Virus record (IMG/VR): IMGVR_UViG_3300023081_000010
Strand: one strand, 5' to 3'
DNA length: 64,000 bases
From: an uncultured virus (IMG/VR IMGVR_UViG_3300023081_000010)
Taxonomy: Duplodnaviria > Heunggongvirae > Uroviricota > Caudoviricetes
Below are positions 56,938 to 64,000 of the stretch, in pieces; the stretch's first letter is position 1; each line of letters starts with the position of its first letter. The notes below the pieces were generated by a model. That model was not told the origin of the DNA. It searched no databases and saw only the letters and a program-made list of their open reading frames with translations. The position numbers were made by a program, and so were the translations under genes.

Positions 56938-58256
56938 TAATTATCTGCCTCCGGTCTAAGTGCTTTAGATAGACTTTGTTTTTCTTTAACAGTTTGTCCG
57001 TCGATGACCTGTTCGTTGTTGTTATTAATAAACGAAGTTTTTTGTGTTTCTCTAGTAACTTTTCCTGCGAAGTCAGCACCTACTGCAACATCGTTGTCAC
57101 TTAGATTTGTAATATTTGTTCTCACATCATCCTCTACTTTAGCCCATCTATTTTTTCTATAGATAAACAATCTTGTTGGTTTATAATCAGTTCTAAGATG
57201 ATACTGCCCTTCTGATGCTCCCAATGGGAACGCTATGCCTTGTGTAAACGGAGCACCATTAGGTGGAAGTCCGTCGCCTAGTATGTAACCTGCATATCCA
57301 TTAGCTTCAGCATTAGCATATACCGTATCAGCAGTGATTGTATCAATATCTGCATCATTAATAGTATCATCTGCTGATACTAATTCAGGTTTGCCATCTT
57401 CTGTTCTTTGTAGCGTAAACAGTTTAGTTGTATCATATCCACTTTGAGGTGTATCGGCTTCTGCTTGATCAAGAACTGCCTGTGTAATTTGCATTTCTTT
57501 TTCGTATGTAGACATGATGTCTTTAAGTGTGTCAGCAAGTTTCCAACATTCTCCTGGAGGAGCATCTGTTGTCTCGCAAGTTGCTTCGTACTTCTCATTG
57601 TTATATGAAACAACATCTCCCGGATAGTATGTGTTGCCTTGATTGAACTCGCCTTTGAAACCTTCTTGATTAGCAATTTGATCAAGTATATCTTTGAATT
57701 CTTGTGAATCAACTAGTGGTTTACATTTTGCACGATATAAATGAGGATACCAAGTTACTGAAAAACCTTCTGCTGCTCTGTTAACATCTTCTACAACATA
57801 AAATCTTTTTAAAGCAAATTGTAAATTGTTTGTTGCATTGTAATCTTTTAAGTGAGGCAATTCTATAACATCGCCTGATATAATTCTTCTTCCTAAACGC
57901 TCAATAGTATCGTTAATATGAAAGGTAATAAACAATACATCGTTTTGTAGAAATAAACCAAATTGACTAAGATTGAAATCTATATCTTGAACATTGTAAA
58001 CACCACGCATAACATGGACATCAGAGTCATATTTTCTGTCTCTGTTTTCCAGAAATAGCATATCTTGTATATTCGTAGGATCTAAAGTAGAATATGCAGG
58101 TGTACTAGGTGTATCACCCTGTATTGCAGCACCTGACCCTAGGTATTTGTGTAGGTAGATATCAGTACCACCCACCTGGAACATTTCCCAAATAGTTTTG
58201 TCAATGAAACTGTAATCTTTGCCCTTTTCTGGACGATATAAACTTAATCTTGGCAT
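56937..58256 (-). CDS. gp14: Neck protein (T4 gp14-like head completion)
   Basis: LSQFGLFL..D..FITFH, GDVIELP, WYPH.YR.KC motifs; divergent from gp13. Confidence 0.75.
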   Translation of the reverse strand: MPRLSLYRPEKGKDYSFIDKTIWEMFQVGGTDIYLHKYLGSGAAIQGDTPSTPAYSTLDPTNIQDMLFLENRDRKYDSDVHVMRGVYNVQDIDFNLSQFGLFLQNDVLFITFHINDTIERLGRRIISGDVIELPHLKDYNATNNLQFALKRFYVVEDVNRAAEGFSVTWYPHLYRAKCKPLVDSQEFKDILDQIANQEGFKGEFNQGNTYYPGDVVSYNNEKYEATCETTDAPPGECWKLADTLKDIMSTYEKEMQITQAVLDQAEADTPQSGYDTTKLFTLQRTEDGKPELVSADDTINDADIDTITADTVYANAEANGYAGYILGDGLPPNGAPFTQGIAFPLGASEGQYHLRTDYKPTRLFIYRKNRWAKVEDDVRTNITNLSDNDVAVGADFAGKVTRETQKTSFINNNNEQVIDGQTVKEKQSLSKALRPEADN

Positions 58257-58264
58257 AGTATACT

Positions 58265-58295
58265 TATTTACCGTTTCTAGCTTAAGGCATAAATA
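58265..58295. promoter_or_regulatory. Back-to-back late promoters (TAAATA 58270-58265 on -, 58290-58295 on +)
   Basis: 8 nt and 5 nt from the respective ATGs, no RBS for either. Confidence 0.65.
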
Positions 58296-58300
58296 GTTAT

Positions 58301-59059
58301 ATGAGCCAAATTGAACAAGAAAAACAGAAAGTTTTTGATTATTGTAAAGCGTTTCTCGGCGATGGCATGATCGACGTTGAGCTCGATCCTATACACTACG
58401 AAACTGCATTATCTAAAGCACTTGGAGTTTTTAAGCAAAGATCCGACAATGCTGTCGAAGAAAGTTATATTACTCTTGCATTAGAAGTAGACAAAAACGA
58501 ATATATCTTACCAGACGAAATACAGCAAGTTAGACAGATTTATAGAAGATCTGTAGGGTCACGCACAGGCGGCGGAACCGGTGGTACAGTGTTTGAACCA
58601 TTTAACCTCGCTTACACAAATACCTATTTGTTAAGTTCCACTAATATGGGCGGACTAGCAACATATGAATTGTTTGCACAATATCAAGAACTTGTTGGAA
58701 AGATGTTTGGTTCATTTATCAACTTTACATGGCATCCGCAAAGCAAAAAATTAACAATTATGCAGAGACCGAGAGCAGATGAAAATGTATTGCTTTGGTG
58801 CTACAACAATAAACCCGACTTTGTTATTTTACAAGATGTATATGCAAGTCAGTGGGTTAGAGATTATACTCTTGCAAACTGTAAAGTTATGTTAGGACAA
58901 GCAAGAGAAAAGTTTGCAAGTATTGCAGGTCCACAAGGAGGCACAGCTCTTAATGGTGCTTCTATGAAACAAGAAGGATTTGCAGATATTGATAGATTAA
59001 CAGCCGAATTGGTAACACAAGTTCCAGGCGGCCAAGGATACAGTTGGATTATTGGATAA
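58301..59059 (+). CDS. gp13: Neck protein (T4 gp13-like head-tail adaptor)
   Basis: LG..MIDVEL, W...Y.LA..K..LG..R.KF..I.GP.GG..LNG motifs. Confidence 0.9.
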   Translation: MSQIEQEKQKVFDYCKAFLGDGMIDVELDPIHYETALSKALGVFKQRSDNAVEESYITLALEVDKNEYILPDEIQQVRQIYRRSVGSRTGGGTGGTVFEPFNLAYTNTYLLSSTNMGGLATYELFAQYQELVGKMFGSFINFTWHPQSKKLTIMQRPRADENVLLWCYNNKPDFVILQDVYASQWVRDYTLANCKVMLGQAREKFASIAGPQGGTALNGASMKQEGFADIDRLTAELVTQVPGGQGYSWIIG

Positions 59060-59397
59060 TGAAAGCATCAGATTTCATCACAGAAGAACATGAACAAATG
59101 TACACCGAAGTCGCTAAAATGGTTTGGGGTGTTGGTAAACACAATCAGCGTGGCGGACAAACCAAACTGCGTTTTCGTTGTTCAACAGGACCAAGAGCAG
59201 GTAGACAAGTAAGTCATCCTTCCAAATGTGTACAGCAATACGATGTTGCTAAAGCACAACGTATGAAGCGTACTCGTGCTAGAACAGCACCTACACAAGC
59301 AAGACGTCAACAGCGTACAAAAGCAATCAATACAGCAAGTGTATTGGCTCGTAAACTCAATACGGGCAAAGCTGGTCAGCCAAAACCTTATTATTAA
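59059..59397 (+). CDS. Basic Arg/Lys-rich protein, possible internal head protein (start ATG 59059, MKASDFITEE)
   Basis: TAATG coupling; N-terminus resembles the T4 capsid-targeting sequence. Confidence 0.65.
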   Translation: MKASDFITEEHEQMYTEVAKMVWGVGKHNQRGGQTKLRFRCSTGPRAGRQVSHPSKCVQQYDVAKAQRMKRTRARTAPTQARRQQRTKAINTASVLARKLNTGKAGQPKPYY

Positions 59398-59400
59398 CAC

Positions 59401-59429
59401 TTGACATTTAGCAAATAAGCAGTTATAAT
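59401..59429 (+). promoter_or_regulatory. Consensus sigma70-type (early) promoter
   Basis: TTGACA (59401-59406), 17-bp spacer, TATAAT (59424-59429), then RBS AAGGAG. Confidence 0.9.
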
Positions 59430-59456
59430 AATACTCATACTAAGGAGAGTTTTATT

Positions 59457-60089
59457 ATGATTATCGGTGTTTGTGGATTTATCGGTTCTGGCAAAGATAC
59501 AGTTGCGGACTATCTTGTTAATTTCCACGAGTTTAGACGAGAGAGCTATGCCAATACTCTTAAAGATGCAGTGGCGGCTGTATTTGGTTGGGATAGAGAT
59601 CTATTAGAAGGACGTTCAAAAGAAGCAAGAGCTTGGCGTGAAAAGGTAGACAAATGGTGGGCAGATAGATTACATATGCCTACACTTACACCGAGATGGG
59701 TATTGCAGTATTGGGGTACAGAAGTAGCACGTAAAAACTTTCATGATGATATTTGGATTGCTAGTTTAGAAAACAAATTACGAAAAAGCGAAGATAACAT
59801 TGTAATCTCCGACTGTAGATTTCCTAACGAAATTAAGAGTATTAAACAAGCCGGCGGCACTATAATTTGGGTTAAAAGAGGTGATCTTCCTCCTTGGTAC
59901 GAAGATGCTAAAAGAGCGAATGCTGGTATTAATGTTTCAATGAATGCTATGAAGCAACTCGGAATCCATGCTTCAGAATGGGCTTGGGTAGGTACTGAGT
60001 TTGATCATGAAATAGACAATGACGGAACTATTCAAGAGATGTACGATAAGGTTAAAAATCTGCTACAAGATCCCCTTGCTTCCAAGTAA
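59457..60089 (+). CDS. Deoxynucleoside monophosphate kinase (T4 gp1-like)
   Basis: GFIGSGKDT P-loop, TPRWVLQYWGTE, ISDCRFPNE, HASE. Confidence 0.93.
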   Translation: MIIGVCGFIGSGKDTVADYLVNFHEFRRESYANTLKDAVAAVFGWDRDLLEGRSKEARAWREKVDKWWADRLHMPTLTPRWVLQYWGTEVARKNFHDDIWIASLENKLRKSEDNIVISDCRFPNEIKSIKQAGGTIIWVKRGDLPPWYEDAKRANAGINVSMNAMKQLGIHASEWAWVGTEFDHEIDNDGTIQEMYDKVKNLLQDPLASK

Positions 60090-60390
60090 CATTTTCTTTT
60101 GATATTATTACAGCACAGTTCGAGCACACTGTTTTTAAATTAGTTGGTCTACAATTGTTCAAGTTTCCATCTACATGGAATACCTTGAATATGTCATCGT
60201 GTGTTGATTTAAAACCGCACTTGTCGCAAGATTTCTTCTTCTTGTACCCTGACTGTTCCCACATAGTGATACCATAGTTAGTGCCGTACTTTAAACATCC
60301 TTCGCATAGTTTGCGATAGTACGTTTTAGTACCTTTCTTATAATTAACTGCACGTGGGCGTTTATTGCACCCTTTACATAGTGGTCTCAT
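60052..60390 (-). CDS. Zn-finger/HNH-like protein
   Basis: Three CxxC pairs plus HVDG..NN...NL..VC.NC; TAAATA-N5-ATG start. Confidence 0.7.
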   Translation of the reverse strand: MRPLCKGCNKRPRAVNYKKGTKTYYRKLCEGCLKYGTNYGITMWEQSGYKKKKSCDKCGFKSTHDDIFKVFHVDGNLNNCRPTNLKTVCSNCAVIISKENVTWKQGDLVADF

Positions 60391-60458
60391 AATGTTATTT
60401 ACACCTTTTCAATCCCTTTATATATGCACCTTAAAGCACCATTTTTAAAAGATTACGC

Positions 60459-60464
60459 TAAATA
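60459..60464 (+). promoter_or_regulatory. Late promoter TAAATA for the sheath/tube operon
   Basis: Followed by a small hairpin (GTAATG/CATTAC, 60481-60501) and RBS AGGAG. Confidence 0.6.
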
Positions 60465-60515
60465 CATTAGCATAAGTTACGTAATGAACTTTTAACATTA
60501 CCAGGAGAGATTAGA

Positions 60516-63500
60516 ATGGCACTACAATCACCAGGAGTAGAAGTTACGGTAATTGATGAGAGTTTTTATACCCCGGCAGAACCAGGGACAACTCCACTTA
60601 TTATTGTAGCAACTGCACAAGATAAACAAAACGCCGCAGGCACAGGCACAGCAGCGGCAACAACTAAAGCAAATGCTGGATCAGCATTTAAAGTAACTTC
60701 ACAGAAAGAATTAGTAGATCTTTTTGGAGTACCAAACTTTGAAAAGACAGCAAGTAATACACCGATTCACGGTAGCGAATTAAATGAATACGGACTTCTA
60801 GCAGCATATAGTTTGCTAGGTGTTTCTAACGCAGCGTTTGTAACTAGAGCCGATGTAGACTTATCACAACTAGCAGGTACATCAGAGGCTCCGGGAGCGG
60901 ATCCTGACAATGGAACTTGGTGGATTGATACTAGAGGCACTACATTCGGTATTCAAGAATGGAACGGTGCAGCAGTAACAACAAGCGGTGGACAAAAGTT
61001 TGCTGCAAAAACACCAATAGTTTTAACAGATGACGATACAACCAAAATTGACAACGGAGTGCCAAAAGGGTCAGTTGGTGCAATCGGCGAATATGCAGTA
61101 GTTTTTGAAACTGTTGACGGAAGTGGATCATTTACTGCTTCAAAAGAAACAGCTAGAATTTACTATAAATCATCTGGTAACGGTTCAACAGTAACTTCAG
61201 GAAGTTGGGTATTAGTAGGTAGTAACGATTGGACTGCTAGTAATCCAACAGTACAAGGCTCAACATTTACAGCAACATCAGGCCACTTTACAATTAACGG
61301 AACAGACTTTGAAGTAACAGGTACATTAGATGACTTAGTTACAGCAATTAACGGTGCTATTACAGCAACACAAGGTGTTGTTGCTAGAAACGTTAGCGGT
61401 AAACTTTATCTTTACAGCGATGGCACATTAGACGATGCAGTAGGTGATAGTTCACTTGCTAATGCAATTGTTATTGGTGACGGTAATACTTTACCAAACA
61501 TGGACTTTGATGCACTAGGTATTGCAAAAGCAACATACTATGGTCCAGCATTGCAACAGTCAGCACACACATCTGTTCCAGAATGGAAAGTAGATGATAG
61601 CGAACCACGCCCAACAGGCTCTGTATGGATTAAAACTACAGAACCTAACAATGGTGCAAGATGGAGAGCATATCAGTGGTCAAGTGCTACTAAATCATGG
61701 GGCGCAGTTGATGCTCCGATTTATGCTAACGGTAGCACAGCAACTTACACATTAGATAGAAGCGGTGGCGGTGTTAACATTGCAGCTGATACATTGTTTG
61801 TACAATCAAATGCAAACGAAAACAGCAACAATGATACAACTCCTGCAACAGCAACGTTTAGAGTGTGGAGACGTAATGCAACTGAAGCAACATCAATTAC
61901 TTCAGATGAAATTACAAGTAGCTCATTTACAGTAGGATCAAACACTTTTACAATTGCTGAATCAGTAAAAACTTCAGCAACACTAAACGCAGGTGTTGAA
62001 GTATCCTTTACTGCTGCTGGTAATGCAGATGATGCTGAATTAATGGCAAATGCTGTTAACTCCGCAGGATTTACAAACATTCAAGCTTCTATTACAGCTG
62101 ACAACGAAGTTGTTATTTCACACAACTTAGGCGGCGACTTTAGAATTACTGACGGTACAAACACACCAATCGGTGGAGTGTTTACACCATTTAGTATTAA
62201 TACTTTAATTGGAACATCTAACTTCTACACTGCTCCATCAGGTGCAGATGAAGATTATGTTGCTTCTAACTGGCAACCACTTGCAGCAGCAGACTTTAAA
62301 GCAAGTTCAAATAATCCAGAAAATGAACCAGCTGATGGACAATTATGGTACAACCCAGAATTTAGTGAAGTTGACATTATGGTACATAATGGCAGTGATT
62401 GGGTTGGATATCATAATGTTTACGCAAGTGCAAGTCCAGCAGGTCCAATTGTTTCTGCAACAGCACCAAGTGCTACAACAGGACAAAGCGACGGTACTGC
62501 ACTAGTTGATGGAGATCTTTGGATTTCAACAGCTGATCTAGAAAACTTCCCAACAATTTATCGTTGGAATGGTTTATTACTAGAATGGGTACAGTTAGAT
62601 AAAACTGATCAAACAACAGAAGAAGGCGTTCTTTTTGCTGATGCACGTTATGGTTTATCAGGTGCAACAGGTAATACAGAGGCAACTATCAAAGACTTGC
62701 TTACAAACAATTACCTAGACCCAGATGCTCCAGATCCAGCACTATATCCAAAAGGAATGTTGTTATGGAACTTACGTAGAAGTGGCGGTAACGTTAAACG
62801 TTATGCTAACAACTACATTGATGTAACAGCAGACAACCCACGCAACGGCGACGAAGCAATGAGTGGTTATGCAACTGATCGTTGGGTAACACAGTCAGGC
62901 AACCAAGAAGATGGTTCAGGTAGCTTCGGACGTAAAGCACAGCGTATGGTTGTAGTACAGGCTATGAAATCTGTAATTGATACAAGTGAGCAGATTAGAG
63001 ATGAAGAACGTAGAAACTTCAACATTATTGCTGCTCCAGGATACACTGAAGTAATGTCAAACCTTGTTAACCTAAACATTGACAGAGGTTTAACAGCATT
63101 TGTATTAGGTGACACACCTTTAAGACTTCCAGCAAATGCTACTTCATTGACCAACTACGGTTCAAATGCTAACCTTGTTGTAGATAACAGTGACGATGGT
63201 CTTGTTACATTCGACGAATACTTGGCAGTGTTTTATCCAAACGGATTTACAACTGATTTAGGTGGAGCAAACGCAGTTGTTCCTGCTACACACATGATGA
63301 TGAGAACAGTTGCACTAAGTGACCAAGTTGCTTATCCATGGTTTGCACCAGCAGGTACAAGACGTGGTGGAATTTCAAACGCTACAGCAGTAGGATACAT
63401 TGATGCTGCAACTGGCGAATTCCAAACTGTTGCACTTAATGAAGGACAAAGAGATACGTTATATGACCTAAAGATTAATCCAATTACATTCTTTAATGGT

Positions 63501-63863
63501 GTTGGTTTAGTTAACTACGGTCAGAAAACTAGAGGTAGAAATGCTTCTGCACTAGATAGAATTAACGTAGCACGTTTGGTAGTGTACTTACGTAGTCAGC
63601 TTAATAAATTGGCTCGTCCTTACATTTTTGAACCAAATGATAAAATCACAAGAGACGAAATCAAACAAGCGGTAGAATCATTACTACTTGAGTTGGTTGG
63701 TTTGAGAGCTCTGTATGATTTCGCGGTAGTGTGTGATGAAACAAATAATACTCCTGCTAGAATCGACCGCAACGAACTATATGTTGATATTGCGATTGAA
63801 CCAGTTAAGGCGATTGAATTCATCTACATTCCATTGCGTGTCAAGAACACAGGAGAAATTTAA
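60516..63863 (+). CDS. gp18: Contractile tail sheath protein (T4 gp18-like) with large internal insertion
   Basis: L.SPGVEVT.ID, PWFAPAG..RG, RD.LY...INPI, GQKT, DRINV.RL, FEPND..TR, VVCDETNNTP. Confidence 0.97.
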   Translation: MALQSPGVEVTVIDESFYTPAEPGTTPLIIVATAQDKQNAAGTGTAAATTKANAGSAFKVTSQKELVDLFGVPNFEKTASNTPIHGSELNEYGLLAAYSLLGVSNAAFVTRADVDLSQLAGTSEAPGADPDNGTWWIDTRGTTFGIQEWNGAAVTTSGGQKFAAKTPIVLTDDDTTKIDNGVPKGSVGAIGEYAVVFETVDGSGSFTASKETARIYYKSSGNGSTVTSGSWVLVGSNDWTASNPTVQGSTFTATSGHFTINGTDFEVTGTLDDLVTAINGAITATQGVVARNVSGKLYLYSDGTLDDAVGDSSLANAIVIGDGNTLPNMDFDALGIAKATYYGPALQQSAHTSVPEWKVDDSEPRPTGSVWIKTTEPNNGARWRAYQWSSATKSWGAVDAPIYANGSTATYTLDRSGGGVNIAADTLFVQSNANENSNNDTTPATATFRVWRRNATEATSITSDEITSSSFTVGSNTFTIAESVKTSATLNAGVEVSFTAAGNADDAELMANAVNSAGFTNIQASITADNEVVISHNLGGDFRITDGTNTPIGGVFTPFSINTLIGTSNFYTAPSGADEDYVASNWQPLAAADFKASSNNPENEPADGQLWYNPEFSEVDIMVHNGSDWVGYHNVYASASPAGPIVSATAPSATTGQSDGTALVDGDLWISTADLENFPTIYRWNGLLLEWVQLDKTDQTTEEGVLFADARYGLSGATGNTEATIKDLLTNNYLDPDAPDPALYPKGMLLWNLRRSGGNVKRYANNYIDVTADNPRNGDEAMSGYATDRWVTQSGNQEDGSGSFGRKAQRMVVVQAMKSVIDTSEQIRDEERRNFNIIAAPGYTEVMSNLVNLNIDRGLTAFVLGDTPLRLPANATSLTNYGSNANLVVDNSDDGLVTFDEYLAVFYPNGFTTDLGGANAVVPATHMMMRTVALSDQVAYPWFAPAGTRRGGISNATAVGYIDAATGEFQTVALNEGQRDTLYDLKINPITFFNGVGLVNYGQKTRGRNASALDRINVARLVVYLRSQLNKLARPYIFEPNDKITRDEIKQAVESLLLELVGLRALYDFAVVCDETNNTPARIDRNELYVDIAIEPVKAIEFIYIPLRVKNTGEI

Positions 63864-63865
63864 TC

Positions 63866-64000
63866 ATGCCTATTACATCACTTAATAACTTCTCAGTACC
63901 AACAGACGCAGGCAACCAAGTGCTCTTGATGCCTAAATTAAAGTATCGCTTCCGCGTTACTTTATTAGGATTTGGAGTTACTGCTGCAACTGAGTTAACA
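63866..64000 (+). CDS. Tail tube protein (gp19-like), 3'-truncated by the window edge
   Basis: ATG 63866 after RBS AGGAG; MPITSLNNF...LLMPKLKYRFRV; immediately follows the sheath gene. Confidence 0.75.
   Translation, partial: MPITSLNNFSVPTDAGNQVLLMPKLKYRFRVTLLGFGVTAATELT

Noticed and set aside
60402..60445. Three CACC motifs upstream of the sheath promoter
   Set aside because: Short and irregularly spaced; cannot be distinguished from chance by eye
1..64000. CRISPR array, rRNA, IS/integrase, or stop-codon reassignment
   Set aside because: No regularly spaced repeats or such genes seen; conserved genes are full length in the standard code and TAG is used as a normal stop

Overview
This 64-kb window is the virion-morphogenesis region of a large T4-like myovirus (standard genetic code, AGGAG-type RBSs, so probably not a Bacteroidetes host; the host cannot be named). 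Left: gp26/gp51-like pair, tape measure, portal (gp20), prohead core, protease (gp21), scaffold (gp22) and major capsid protein (gp23). Middle: about 22 kb of modular tail-fibre-like genes, including two giant paralogues and three tandem Gly/His-rich paralogues. Next to them is a 15-kb convergent enzyme cluster with four flavin-dependent halogenases and twelve 2OG-Fe(II)/JmjC-type oxygenase genes (one degenerate); each arm starts at a late-promoter motif. An S8 protease and a cupredoxin-tipped fibre protein follow. Right: gp15, gp14, gp13, dNMP kinase, an HNH-like gene, tail sheath (gp18) and the start of the tail tube (gp19). Most notable: (1) a candidate late-expressed virion protein halogenation/hydroxylation system; (2) a perfect four-way-junction RNA leader starting at the inferred +1 of a late promoter; (3) a T-TTT-TTC -1 frameshift site that would fuse the gp26-like and gp51-like ORFs; (4) a recurring TAAATA-N5-ATG arrangement implying leaderless late mRNAs. 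All family calls come from motif recognition by eye; no database searches were run.
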